64,000 bases of DNA from Guillardia theta CCMP2712 (GCF_000315625.1 NW_005434658.1:893504-957503), one strand, 5' to 3'. Numbered from the stretch's first letter, positions 27,589 to 38,687 are shown. Notes: generated by a model not told the origin, from the letters alone. Numbers and translations are program-made.

Positions 27589-29700
27589 TTATCGAGGGAG
27601 CTTTCGTGACGATCCTGGTGAAGGATCAAACGCACCTCGCCGAGATGGGGTGATGTTGTTGAGTTCTTGCCGGAAATTACTCCATCTCCGTCTCTCAAGA
27701 TTTCGGAAAGCGTCTTTCAAACTGGTTGCCGAACGGTTTCCTCCACAAGAAAGAATGAGGCTATCATCCATATTCGAATGTTGTCTGACTTACCAAAATT
27801 GTAGTGCTCTAAGATTGCCTTCCATTTCCCAAATCCAAATCTTTGGACCCCTTCAATGAGACTTCGTACTTCTTCTTCCGAGAACTCTTTCTTTTTCCAT
27901 TTCTTCCTTTGCAATAGATTACAGTATCGAAACCTTGCGAGTTCTAATTCAGCTACCTTCTTGCACTTCGCCTTGGTGGAACACTTTTCTTCCTTGGTGG
28001 ACTTGGGGCACTGTCTTTTCCATTTCCTTCAGGGAGAAATTCCAGGATTTCATCCAGAACGATTTTGTATTTATCATCTCGGAGGATCAACCTAAGTTCA
28101 TTCCGAGCATCTGTCACTGGCAGAGACTTTTGGTTGAAGCGCTGGAATAATGTGATAATTTCTGATTGGATCTGTGGTGTAGAAGAAAAATTTTGCTGAG
28201 GCACAAGTTATTGACACACCTTCAAAAATATTATGTTCACCTGTATTTTGAGTGCAAGGTCGTAAGCTTGTGATGATTTTGCAATGAAGTTCATGGATGA
28301 TCTCTGCGGTTTTTCAAATTCATCACTCGAAGCTCTCCTCAAAACTTCAGGTGAATCGTAATCAAATTCTGAGCTGGAACCTTTCGATGAATCTGGACTT
28401 GCTGAGAAGGCACTAAAATTCCTGACATCATGTTTCTTCAATTTTTCCGAAGGAGTTTGAAGCGGCATGTTTTCTATCCCATGATTGTGAATGCTGCTTG
28501 ACGTTTTGGATCCCGCACCAAATTGATTTCTTCTAGTTGTGATTTCAAAAACGTTTGGTCCTACCTTTGGACTGATGCGATCATGTATTGATTCTATCTC
28601 CATTTCTCCGTCTGCGACATCTTGAAACGGAGAAGTGGACTTGATGGACTCCATCACGCTGAAATCTTGGTCTTGCTCTGTCCAAGGTGAAGCAGATCGA
28701 AAAACTCGTTGGGTATGGTTTATAGGATTGGATGCCTTGTAGAAGCTGCTCGAAGGCGACGAGAAAGATGACAGAACTCTGGATTTTAGCTTCGTTGTAT
28801 CTGATATTCCACAGAGATTGTTTCCATTCTGTCAGTCAAACAAACACGAAGTCATCCCCACGTAGATCCTTGCCTCCGTGAATTCAAAACAAATTTACCT
28901 GAGAACATGATCCGCATGTAATGTCACTGGAGACAGTCACAGTCACCAACGGGCCGTCGTCATATGACATCAAAACAAGCTTCACCTCACATGGCCAAAT
29001 AGATATCCCTGGCAGCTTCGGCATGCTCCGAGTGAGCAGAGTAGAACCTCCGGCCTGCAAAGCAACGGTCTTGCACTTGGTCTGATATGCTTTGCACCTG
29101 AGAAAGCGTGCTCAAAAAGGCCGCTGTTCACATCCTTCGTGGTTGAGTCTGCAATGCAGCTTTCAGGCAGTATACTATGGTTCATCGACGTCCCGGAATG
29201 AGGCAAGCTTGGGGACGACGGTGCATACTTGGATACACATGACTTGAAGAAGTGATGAAGAGCAGATATGCGTGTAGCATCGTTGCGTTTCGACGCATCT
29301 ATACATCGATCAATCTCACTGAGACTTGCATTTCCAGAGATAACCTGAAAAATGCGACAAAGATACAGATAGTGATCTTGAATCAAGGAGATCGAGCCTC
29401 CGAAACGCAGCAAGTCCGCATAGGCACAGACCAAGACTTTCTTCTAAATCCACTCTTTGCTTCTCTTCTATGACGAAGTCTGAATCAAGCAGGTTGAGGA
29501 CATCGCTGACAATCGATGCAAGATCGTTAGATTTTAGCTGACCCATCTGCATCTTCTTCATTAGAGCTTCTGCTCGGATACTTCCAAGCATTTTCAGTTC
29601 CTGCCAGCCTTATCCTGATCAGGGCCAGAAACAATATTCACTGAATCGATGTCACTGCATTCTCATCCATCTCATATCCTTCCACTTGCTCGCTTCGCCT
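27589..29700 (-). CDS. TRF-like telomere-repeat-binding protein with C-terminal Myb (telobox) domain (multi-exon; start approximate)
   Basis: FSEEEVRSLIEGVQRFGFGKWKAILEHYNF|...NRSATSLKDAFRNL matches the telobox Myb consensus. Confidence 0.7.
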
Positions 29701-30369
29701 CTGCTCCTCTTCTTCTGTGTCCATCGTTCTCCGTCCTCGAATTTTTCGTTCCGCATGTTTCCCGCCCTCCTGCCACAAACTTCCGCTAGGACCACCCCAC
29801 CTACTCCATACTTGTTTGAGGTTCGAGAGATTTCAGTACCGGTACTGGACCCGCAAACCGATTACCCGGTACGTCTGCAGGGGGTGGGGGTGGAGCCGTA
29901 AAAGATCATCTAAAGGAAAAAATGGCAGGAAATGACGAAGGAATGGTAGGTGAAGTAGACGGAAGATAGGAGGAGGAGAAGGTCGTGATATGCATGTCAC
30001 GGTGATCAAATGACAAGAGTATTATGGTGGGAAAGTGATCGCGCACATAGGCAGTACATGGCTGCGTGACTGCGTTACTTGACAACAGTCCGGAGCAGGT
30101 GGTAAATCAGATTCCGAGTGTCAGAGTTAGTTTCAGTGTTGTACATGTTAGTAAGATTATCGTGATTGACAAGACAGGTAGCAATAAGTAATACAGAGGA
30201 TAAGGTGCTATATTTCTTCATGACATTATGATATTACGCTTGGGTGACTAGTAGCGCAAAGTGTGACTAGCTGTAAATTAGATTCAGGATGGTTTTGAAG
30301 GAAGAGACTCCATTGAGAAGTTATTAGGTCCGTTTCACTCGCATTGAATGTATTTGCAGCTGAAAAAGG

Positions 30370-30620
30370 ATGACTATCTTGGTTCGAAGACCGGTTCTCA
30401 ACTTGCTCAAACAGCACTGTGCTACAATTGGGCGTTTGTCTTCAAGGTCAAACACTACGAGGGCGGCAGATTATCAATGCAAGGCTGTTGTAATGGACTT
30501 TTGGGGGGTGAGACTTGCTGTTCTGTGATTGCCTGTCTCTGAACGCTGCTGATATTCTTAGCTGGTGGCTTCACCACAATGGAGTGCCGCAGAGTCGTGG
30601 GAAAAGGCCAAGAACCTTCC
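30370..30620 (+). CDS. 5' part of a host HAD-like hydrolase gene (ACAD10/EPHX2 N-terminal-type): exon 1 30370-30507, exon 2 from 30562, interrupted by the provirus
   Basis: MTILVRRPVLNLLKQHCATIGRLSSRSNTTR (mitochondrial-type presequence)...KAVVMDFWG|LVASPQWSAAESWEKAKNLP. The intron 30508-30561 is GT..AG. Confidence 0.75.
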
Positions 30621-31116
30621 TAGCTAAGTAAATACATTGGAAACGTGAGGAGACAAACTTTTATAAATCAATTTAAAATTTCAATGATTTTTACGAACAC
30701 CCAAATAATTCATTTATTCCTCTTTATTTTCCTTACCTAATCCCTATTATATTTTATGCAATTGAAATAATAGCTGCGCATTGGTGCGGATTATCACACA
30801 AAATAACCAAAAACAAACGAGCGCACACACGGAGTGTGCCAGAGCAAACATAATATTAATGAAAATTATGAATCCTTCAAGGATCATATAAGTAATAAAA
30901 AAATCTATGTGGGGTGAGGGGGTAAAATATTAAACACGTTGTTTTTACAAACCTTTGCAAAACCCTGCCAATCTTTGAAGAGTGGAGGGTTTTTCAATAA
31001 ATCATAAACCCTCCACTAAACCCTCCACTTCATAAATCATTACCAGAATCATATATATATTTATTATTTATCTGTATATATAGACGTTAGAGGTGGAGGG
31101 TGTGGAGGGTGTGGAA

Positions 31117-31441
31117 GGTTTTTTCAAGAAGTTCTTCTCAGTTGATCGATCTTGGCCTATTAGTAATTGACCTAACAAACCCTCCAACCTTCCACACTCC
31201 CCTCTCTCTATTGGCATTTTTTATTTTTATAAATATTCCTTACTAATTCAATGTTATTTTTTTTCTATTATCTATTATCTATTATCTATTATCTATTATC
31301 TATTATCTATTATCTATTATCTATTATCCATTATCTATTATCTATTATCTATTAGGAGGGTTTTTTCAAGAAGTTCTTCTCAGTTGATCGATCTTGGCCT
31401 ATTAGTAATTGACCTAACAAACCCTCCAACCTTCCACACTC
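31117..31441 (+). repeat. 83-bp direct repeat inside the TIR (31117-31199 and 31359-31441)
   Basis: GGTTTTTTCAAGAAGTTCTTCTCAGTTGATCGATCTTGGCC...CCTTCCACACTC occurs twice and is mirrored in the right TIR. Confidence 0.95.
31264..31354 (+). repeat. 13 x TCTATTA tandem repeat in the TIR (mirror copy 56139-56229)
   Basis: Direct inspection; one TCCATTA variant is present at the same position in both TIRs. Confidence 0.95.
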
Positions 31442-31478
31442 TCCATCCGCCCCAAAAACCTATCTTTCTTTATTATAA

Positions 31479-31949
31479 ATGAGTACTAGAAAAGGCAACA
31501 CATGGATTCAAGCGCTTAAAGAGTTCAATAAAGGTCATTCTGGCACGTGGTGCATTGTCAAGAAAGGATCAAAAGAATATGACGAAGTTAAGCAGATAAT
31601 GGACGATATTAAAAAAAAATCACAACCACACCAACAATATAAAAGCGCTCAAGATGTAAAACCAAATAGATCAAGCATACAACCACACACACAATATAAA
31701 TATACTGCACTACCAAACAGAGGGACATTAAGCATGAAATACAATAATTTGAAACCACATGATTTAATAGTTGAGACTCACAAAGGAAAAACTATTTATA
31801 AATGCCCTGTATGCTCTAGAACATGGAACAAAAAACCAACACAAGAACAAATCGAAAAACATGAAACAACATGGAACCATACATTAAAACTAGGTCAATA
31901 TGAAATACGCGCTTATAATGGAAATAGAGACATAGACCTTGGTCTATAA
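31479..31949 (+). CDS. PLV hypothetical basic protein with C-terminal C2H2-type zinc finger
   Basis: YKCPVCSRTW...IEKHETTWNH; the ATG is the last 3 nt of the left TIR. Confidence 0.75.
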   Translation: MSTRKGNTWIQALKEFNKGHSGTWCIVKKGSKEYDEVKQIMDDIKKKSQPHQQYKSAQDVKPNRSSIQPHTQYKYTALPNRGTLSMKYNNLKPHDLIVETHKGKTIYKCPVCSRTWNKKPTQEQIEKHETTWNHTLKLGQYEIRAYNGNRDIDLGL

Positions 31950-32035
31950 AAATGATCAAATCTTAATTTTTGTTTTTTATGTAAGGAAACATAAAACTAC
32001 ATAAGAAAAATAATTATCTATATATATTATAAAGG

Positions 32036-33898
32036 ATGAATCGCCAAAAAAGAAACCCCCAACCAGTTCAGAAGTTCAAGCCAGACAACTTTAAAGCCCC
32101 AAAGGCACAAAAGCCCAAGAAGCAACCAAAGCAACCAAAGCAACCAAAGCAAAATCAACCAAAGCAAGCACAGCCCAAGCCTGCACAAGCAAAGACCATC
32201 AACAAGGCGCCGCGTGATGTTGGATTTTACAAGGAGCTTAAGCTTATGAATGATGCCACCTCTCAAGCTTATGAAAACTCATTAAAATTGCTTGATTTCA
32301 ATCAATTCACGGATGCAACTAAAGCCTTTACACTATGGGATAAATTCGAGGCTATGGTTGAAAGTATTAATTCATATGTCAACGGCCCCAACGCTTGGAC
32401 TAATGGAATATATAAGCTAGATTATACACCTGAACAATATAAGAAGATAAAATATAATGTTGTGCCTACATTGGAAGATTTGAAACAAAATAAATATGCT
32501 AATATTGGGCCTGTCAAATCAGACAAAGGACCGGCATCAATGATTAATTTTATTAAGAAAAATGTTCCTGATGTGCCGCAAGATTTACAAGATCTTAAAT
32601 GGATTATAGAGAACCACAGAAAGATTTTAAATCAGATGTTGATTATTAGATTCAATAAGGGTCAATCAGTCGCAACAATTAGGAATGATATATATGATTT
32701 TGCTAGATTGTTGAAAATTGCATTTGGTCCAGATAATGAATTGCACAAAAAACTTGTGATGCTTGCGACCGATTTCGATTATGCAGTTGTAAAAGATCAA
32801 GAGGGAAAAAACCAATTGAACAAATATGAAGAATTAAAATTTATTCCTTATGGTGCATTGCTTGACCTTGTTGAAGAAATGAATAAACAATTTAGAGAAT
32901 CACTCAAAAACAAAGGTAAAGATCATCAAGAGACTTATAAACTGCACATGTATGCCTTAATTTTGCAAGCGTATTTATACACGCCACCGGTAAGGCTTGA
33001 ATTGTCAGATTGTAAATTCACAAGCACATTGAACAATCTTAATAACAACACAGATTATATTTATTTGCCAAACGACAAATCGAAGCTATGTGAATATGTA
33101 TTCAATAAGGACAAGAAAAAGCACGGATCTATAAGGTACTTTGTCGGCTATATGATCAATACCAAAGCAAAGATAAGCGAGAATCTCTCACCATATGCTT
33201 TTAAATTAAGTGATTTCATTCGTGAGAGCTACGCCCTATATCCACGTGAATATTTCATAACACAAATCAAAGATAGAAATAAACCAGCAAAGGCAAATAT
33301 GCCAACCTATTTAAAATATATGTTTGATAAGCATCAATTGAATGTCAATATGTTTCGCAGTAGTTTCGTGACATATCTTTATCAGAACAACACACCAAAT
33401 AAGATTTTACAAGATGTAGCCTTGAAGATGCGCAATAGTGTGATGCAACAACAAGCAACATATAAAAAATCATTGTCCAAAAATGAGATGATCCAGATCA
33501 AACAAGAAAAGGGATTCACTGACCCCCAACCTGCGGCCGCTGAAACAATCAGGATCAAACAAGAACCAACCGATGAGATCCAACCTATCGAGTCAGTACA
33601 ACCAACGCTGCGCTTGGCTTCGCCAACGATAAGGCAACCAATGAAACCACCTATAAAAGATCCTAGAATTAGCGAGAGAGCAAGGCAAAAGAAATATTAT
33701 AACAATAATAAATCTGATATATTAGAAAAGAAAAAACAGCAATACGAAGATAATAAGCAGCGGATAACTGCAACTAAAATAATTAAACGATTGAATGATA
33801 TCATTTCAACCGGTGGCAATGCCAAGCCTACAGCCGCAAGCATGGCAACATATCAACTATACAAAGAAAATAATATATGGAAGAGCCGGATAATCTAA
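32036..33898 (+). CDS. Tyrosine recombinase (virophage/PLV OLV11-like integrase)
   Basis: Catalytic-type motifs in order: YTPPVRLE (R), FNKDKKKHG (K), VNMFRSSFVT (xxxR), ALKMRNS...QQATYKK (Y). Confidence 0.8.
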   Translation: MNRQKRNPQPVQKFKPDNFKAPKAQKPKKQPKQPKQPKQNQPKQAQPKPAQAKTINKAPRDVGFYKELKLMNDATSQAYENSLKLLDFNQFTDATKAFTLWDKFEAMVESINSYVNGPNAWTNGIYKLDYTPEQYKKIKYNVVPTLEDLKQNKYANIGPVKSDKGPASMINFIKKNVPDVPQDLQDLKWIIENHRKILNQMLIIRFNKGQSVATIRNDIYDFARLLKIAFGPDNELHKKLVMLATDFDYAVVKDQEGKNQLNKYEELKFIPYGALLDLVEEMNKQFRESLKNKGKDHQETYKLHMYALILQAYLYTPPVRLELSDCKFTSTLNNLNNNTDYIYLPNDKSKLCEYVFNKDKKKHGSIRYFVGYMINTKAKISENLSPYAFKLSDFIRESYALYPREYFITQIKDRNKPAKANMPTYLKYMFDKHQLNVNMFRSSFVTYLYQNNTPNKILQDVALKMRNSVMQQQATYKKSLSKNEMIQIKQEKGFTDPQPAAAETIRIKQEPTDEIQPIESVQPTLRLASPTIRQPMKPPIKDPRISERARQKKYYNNNKSDILEKKKQQYEDNKQRITATKIIKRLNDIISTGGNAKPTAASMATYQLYKENNIWKSRII

Positions 33899-33984
33899 TT
33901 TATATAAAAATGATTTGATTATTTTTAATATATATAAGTAAAATAAACTTTCTCACTTATATATAAAGTTGAAACATACCAACT

Positions 33985-34188
33985 ATGACCGCCAAGGCAC
34001 AGGCTCGCTATTACAAGAAGAGATTCAACAATGATAAAGAATTTCACGACAAAGAATGCAAGAGGATTGCAGAATTTAGAAACAATAAATATTTAAATGA
34101 CGAGGAATACCGAAACATGATCAAACAAAGGTCGCTTGAATATTATTATAGGAAGAAGGCAGAAAGAGAGAATCAATCATCTAATTAA
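33985..34188 (+). CDS. Small basic helical PLV protein
   Basis: 67-aa ORF filling the gap between recombinase and primase, with an upstream AAAAATGA motif. Confidence 0.6.
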   Translation: MTAKAQARYYKKRFNNDKEFHDKECKRIAEFRNNKYLNDEEYRNMIKQRSLEYYYRKKAERENQSSN

Positions 34189-34293
34189 TGCAGTGATGCA
34201 GTCTTTTTTTATTTTTTTACTGTTATAATAGTAACAAAAATAAATTGCAAAAAAAATGCTAAAAATCAAGAAAAAATGATATAAAGTAAAAAA

Positions 34294-36831
34294 ATGAATA
34301 TAAGTAAAAAAAAAATCTCACCTATAAGTAAAAGGATGACTTTTCGCTTGCCTTCTGCAACTTATGATATTCAAGGTGCTATTCAAGACTATAAGCATAT
34401 CAGGGAAGATTTAGGTTTCAAATGTGTCCCCCTCTATCCAAAAGATCCCAATGATAAGGACAACAAGGAATTTGAATCTGACATGATCATTAAAAAAACA
34501 TATGTCCTTGCTGCTGGCTGGAACGATACAAAAATACACAACAAAGAGACATTCAAGATCTGGCATAAATTAATCGATGACAAAATAAACGACAATAAAG
34601 GCGTTCTTTATGCTGTTCTTACTGGAAAGATCAATAATATCACGGTCATCGATCTTGATATTGTTAAGGCTGAGAACAGGAATGAAGAATTTGAAAACTT
34701 GGTGCAATCTGCTGAAACCTTTCAAGTCTCAACACCAAAAGGCGAACATCACTATTTCTTATATTGTCCATATTTGAAAAATAAAATTGGCTTTCTTGGT
34801 TATATTGATATCCTCAATGATACAAAATGCGTCATTGGTGCGGGGACACTCCGTGATGATGGATTTTATAGCATTCTTGAAGAAAATGAGTTAAAACCCA
34901 TCTCAAAAGCATTGTTTGATTTTATCCCAGATAATTTAAAACAAATGATTGACAGCCAACCTTTAAATGATAAAGCATTATATGCATCAGACGCTTCCAG
35001 CAAAGCTGCTCGTAGAGCGCTTGCCGAAGGCAACAACAAACCAGCAAAAGGGCCGAGTGATTCAGTTTCTACAACGTCAGAAGATGCTTTATCTTACGAG
35101 TCAAGTGAAGAAGATTTCGAACAGGTTAAAAATCTGCTTGGTCTTATCTCTCCCGATTGCAACTATGATCAATGGATAAGAGTTCTTGCGGCTGTTGCTA
35201 ATCATCTAGGATCTGATAAAGATGAGGTTTATGATCTCGCTGATGAATGGTCGTCTAAATCTGATAAATATGACGCTCGTTCATTTGGTAAGATATGGAA
35301 TTCTGTCAAAAACTATAAGGATATTAATATTGGGACACTGCACTTTTACGCAAAACAAGAGAATGAAGATCAATATAATAAAATATTCAAGACAAACCAA
35401 ACTAAGAAAAAACTTAATCTCAAAGATTTGAATACGTATTCAGCAATGAAAAAAGCCTTTGAAGAAGACACCTTCAAGGTCAGATATCCCCCAAATATTT
35501 ATCGTAAAGAATATGGCAAAAATTCTTATATTATTTTGGATAGTAAAAAAATACGAGAGGCAAACAATGATATCAAATTTAATAAAATCGTGACCGATAA
35601 GAAAGGCAAACCAGTGCTCGATGAAAACGGCAATCCTATGATTGCAAGAGTTAGCTTTATAAAAGAATGGCTAGATGACGAAGATAAACGAGTATATGAA
35701 GCCGTAAGATTTGACCCAACAAAAACAGTTCCTCCTGAAATCTTCAACACGTTTGAAGGATATGAAGCCGAAAAATTCCCTGAGGTTGATGATGATCGTA
35801 TGATGGAGCTTGTACAACCATATTTAGATCATTTTGATATGCTTATTGGCAAAGAAGGACGAATTTATTGCATGAAATGGCTAGCTAATATAATTCAAAA
35901 CCCAACCAATAAATCGGGGGTTGTTCTCGTTTTCAAGAGTGAAGGCGAAGGATCCGGTAAATCCTCACCCTTTGATTTCTTCGGTAAAAAAGTAATTGGC
36001 AAGAATTACTATAAGGTAACCCGTGATGCTGAAAATGACTTATTCGGCAGATTTAGCAACGGCTTGCATAATTCATTGCTGGTACAACTCGAAGAAATTA
36101 AAGGGACAACATTTCATAAAAATGCCGGACAATTTAGGGATATGATCACTAATAATACAAGCCGTCTCGACTTAAAAGGCATGAATACGATTGAAATCGA
36201 TAATTTAGCGAGTTTCGTGTGTACAACAAACAACGATAACCCTTTGACCATATCAGCAACAGACAGACGATTCTGCGTCTTTAATGTATCCGAAGAAATG
36301 ATCGGTAATGTTAAGTATTTTGATAAATTCACTAATACTATGAAACAGCCAGATTGGGGCGCTGCCATGTTTAAATATCTTAAAAATCTCCCTGATATTC
36401 CAAAAAGCACCGCTGAATTTCAAAACCAAAGGCCCAACGGGGAGGCATACGAAGATATGAGAAAGCAAAACATCCCAACTTGGGCGCGATTCTTTGCAAA
36501 TAAAATAATGTTAAATCAAACGAAATTTGATGATTCGGATGATGAGGATGATAAGGATGATAAGGATGATAAAGATGATAAAGATGATGAGGAAATAATA
36601 CAAGCAAGCAACTTATATTCTGAATATTGCAAATACTGCACAAAAACAAGAAATGAGCAGGCAACTATGAAACAGACCGCATTTTCTCTCAAATTAAAGT
36701 CTATTAAAGGCCTAGAGAAAAAAGAAGAAAACAAATTCAATAAATATTCAATTAACTTCAAAGAAGTTAAAGAGTGGTTAATTCAAAAGAAGTTTTGGGA
36801 CGATGACGCTATTGTTGTTCCTATATTCTAA
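34294..36831 (+). CDS. Primase-helicase: Prim-Pol domain, PriCT-2 and SF3 (D5-like) helicase
   Basis: AVLTGKINNITVIDLD, STPKGEHHYF, IDIL (Prim-Pol); DCNYDQWIRV...DEWSSKSDKYD...GTLHFYAK (PriCT-2); Walker A GEGSGKS, Walker B LVQLEE, motif C TTNN, and DRRF. Confidence 0.92.
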   Translation: MNISKKKISPISKRMTFRLPSATYDIQGAIQDYKHIREDLGFKCVPLYPKDPNDKDNKEFESDMIIKKTYVLAAGWNDTKIHNKETFKIWHKLIDDKINDNKGVLYAVLTGKINNITVIDLDIVKAENRNEEFENLVQSAETFQVSTPKGEHHYFLYCPYLKNKIGFLGYIDILNDTKCVIGAGTLRDDGFYSILEENELKPISKALFDFIPDNLKQMIDSQPLNDKALYASDASSKAARRALAEGNNKPAKGPSDSVSTTSEDALSYESSEEDFEQVKNLLGLISPDCNYDQWIRVLAAVANHLGSDKDEVYDLADEWSSKSDKYDARSFGKIWNSVKNYKDINIGTLHFYAKQENEDQYNKIFKTNQTKKKLNLKDLNTYSAMKKAFEEDTFKVRYPPNIYRKEYGKNSYIILDSKKIREANNDIKFNKIVTDKKGKPVLDENGNPMIARVSFIKEWLDDEDKRVYEAVRFDPTKTVPPEIFNTFEGYEAEKFPEVDDDRMMELVQPYLDHFDMLIGKEGRIYCMKWLANIIQNPTNKSGVVLVFKSEGEGSGKSSPFDFFGKKVIGKNYYKVTRDAENDLFGRFSNGLHNSLLVQLEEIKGTTFHKNAGQFRDMITNNTSRLDLKGMNTIEIDNLASFVCTTNNDNPLTISATDRRFCVFNVSEEMIGNVKYFDKFTNTMKQPDWGAAMFKYLKNLPDIPKSTAEFQNQRPNGEAYEDMRKQNIPTWARFFANKIMLNQTKFDDSDDEDDKDDKDDKDDKDDEEIIQASNLYSEYCKYCTKTRNEQATMKQTAFSLKLKSIKGLEKKEENKFNKYSINFKEVKEWLIQKKFWDDDAIVVPIF

Positions 36832-36881
36832 ACAATTATTATATACATATAATTTTTTAAATTTTTATCTGCAAACTCCTA

Positions 36882-37119
36882 AAGAGTGGAGGGTTTGCAT
36901 GTAAAAATTAACCATCCTATAAACCCTCCACTAAACCCTCCACTTTAAAAAAGATTACTATTATACAGTATATATATTATTTATCTGTATAAATATGGTC
37001 GTTTGAGTGGAGGGTGTGGAGGGTGTGGAGGGTTTTTTTCACAAGTTCTCTCAACCAATACCCAACGCTTGATAAGTAATTAAGGACCTAAACCCTCCAA
37101 ACCCTCCACATTCTCCATC
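36882..37119. promoter_or_regulatory. Candidate replication origin: TGGAGGG/CCCTCCA iteron block, a diverged internal copy of TIR segment ~30978-31199
   Basis: Same order and orientation of 8 heptamers around an AT-rich spacer as in the TIRs; lies just downstream of the primase-helicase stop. Confidence 0.65.
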
Positions 37120-37157
37120 TAAACTAAAAAAATTAATAATAAATTTATATTCTTGCA

Positions 37158-37490
37158 TCAATCAAAGCACTCATTGAATTCATCTATTTCATCCATGCTA
37201 TTAAACAGATTACCGATGTAATCATCGGATATAATTTCGTATTTATAGGCCACATAATCAAGTTCATCAATATATTTAATCATCTTATTATGTAGCTCTG
37301 CATGACTTGAATTATTTTTAAATATATCTTTCATCTCTATGAAGATATCAATATTTTCAAGAAAGAAATTTAGCTTAAACTCCATCATAGCTATTGCTAT
37401 ATCGATGTTATCCATGACCTTATCAATGTTATAATTTTTTTCAAATATCCTCTCTTGGATATCATGCGGCAACTCAAACAGATCAAACAT
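37158..37490 (-). CDS. Small acidic protein with F-box-like N-terminus
   Basis: LFELPHDIQERIF resembles the LxxLPxEIxxxIF F-box start. Confidence 0.5.
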   Translation of the reverse strand: MFDLFELPHDIQERIFEKNYNIDKVMDNIDIAIAMMEFKLNFFLENIDIFIEMKDIFKNNSSHAELHNKMIKYIDELDYVAYKYEIISDDYIGNLFNSMDEIDEFNECFD

Positions 37491-37586
37491 TTTGTTTACT
37501 TATACATATATTTTATTACTTATATCACTTTTTATTAAATTTCATCAATTTTTTCACAATTTAAAATTTAACCTCAAATAAAAGCA

Positions 37587-37892
37587 ATGTCCTATAAACA
37601 TGTTAAGCTATCTAGAAGCGATGTTAAAGGCAAGAAATACAAGATGGAATTTTATAACAAGGATAAGCAAAGAATAAAAACTATACATTTCGGCGCTATT
37701 GGCTATTCAGATTATACCAAGCATAAAGATGATAGTCGCAAGGCTAATTATATAAGCCGCCATCAATCAAGTGAAAATTGGAATGTACCAGACACAGCGG
37801 GAAGCTTGAGCCGATGGATTCTATGGAATCATAAAAGCTTAAATGAATCTTATAAATCTTATCTAAATAAATTTAACCTTACTAAATTGTAA
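37587..37892 (+). CDS. Conserved NCLDV/PLV small basic protein (DUF5754-like)
   Basis: KKY...TIHFGAIGYSDYTKHKD...YISRH...AGSLSRWILW pattern. Confidence 0.7.
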   Translation: MSYKHVKLSRSDVKGKKYKMEFYNKDKQRIKTIHFGAIGYSDYTKHKDDSRKANYISRHQSSENWNVPDTAGSLSRWILWNHKSLNESYKSYLNKFNLTKL

Positions 37893-37893
37893 A

Positions 37894-38139
37894 ATGGATC
37901 GACTCCCCCAAAATGGATATGCCATCATCACAAAGATAGGATGTCAGTATTGTGATTGGCTTGAAGACTTCTTAATTGATAAAGCCATTGAATATAAAAA
38001 ATTTGATATCCTCGAATTCAATGATGAAGAAATGAAAGATTTGAAAAGCAAATTAAATTTCAAGACATACCCCGCCTTTATTCGTGATAGATATTGTATA
38101 GGAGGGTATAAAGAGGCCCTTCGGCACTTAGATCGTTAA
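37894..38139 (+). CDS. Glutaredoxin-like protein
   Basis: GCQYC active-site motif, TYP cis-Pro motif, IGGY. Confidence 0.85.
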   Translation: MDRLPQNGYAIITKIGCQYCDWLEDFLIDKAIEYKKFDILEFNDEEMKDLKSKLNFKTYPAFIRDRYCIGGYKEALRHLDR

Positions 38140-38687
38140 GCATCGTTAATAACGATATTAGCATTGCTATTGTGATTACTGTCACCATTGAGAATATAGG
38201 GAATATATGTATAATTTGAAATCTTCTTTTTCATCTGTTGCTTACAATAATCAGGTATGTTATCCGTGTTCTCCATAAGATTATCATAGGCAACAATAAA
38301 ACTGTTTAATTTTTCATTATTCATGTCATTGAGATTCATTGTTGTCTCAATGCTATGTTCAAGTTTGCTAAACTTCATTCCTAATATGAAGAATTGACTA
38401 GCCTTCTCGTTAAACTTTAATTGATTATTTAATGATATTAAGATAGCAGTTAAGGCATTGAATACAATATTTATAATCTTCATTTCCTTGCTGTCAATGT
38501 TGCTATTGAGAATAGCCATCGCTGATGATGTAATGATCAGAGGAACTTGCAGCAATTGCTTCCAAAAATTATAATATGAACCCACATTGTTGCAAAGAAT
38601 AGACATGATTTTTGACATCTCCTTGTATTTGTCCCATAATGATATAGATGAGACACACCTTTGCAAATCTTCATTGACCATCACCAT
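38136..38687 (-). CDS. Two-TM SLATT-like membrane protein
   Basis: Helix, TM (LQVPLIITSSAMAILN), TM (IVFNALTAILISL), then KFNEKASQF...FSKL coiled region: a SLATT-type layout. Confidence 0.55.
   Translation of the reverse strand: MVMVNEDLQRCVSSISLWDKYKEMSKIMSILCNNVGSYYNFWKQLLQVPLIITSSAMAILNSNIDSKEMKIINIVFNALTAILISLNNQLKFNEKASQFFILGMKFSKLEHSIETTMNLNDMNNEKLNSFIVAYDNLMENTDNIPDYCKQQMKKKISNYTYIPYILNGDSNHNSNANIVINDA

Larger units (their letters stand above)
30626..31481 (+). repeat. Left terminal inverted repeat (856 bp)
   Basis: AAGTAAATACATTGGAAACGTG...CTTTATTATAAATG is the reverse complement of 56012-56867. Lengths are equal and all segments compared by eye match. Confidence 0.97.

Noticed and set aside
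30620-30626. CTAGC or GCTA as a target-site duplication
   Set aside because: Collapsing either one gives a stop in the host HAD frame. Of the direct repeats at the junction, only CC restores the ORF, and CTAGC is better explained as part of the element's palindromic ends.
36530-36592. GATGATAAG repeat
   Set aside because: An acidic DDK linker within the primase-helicase, not a separate element.
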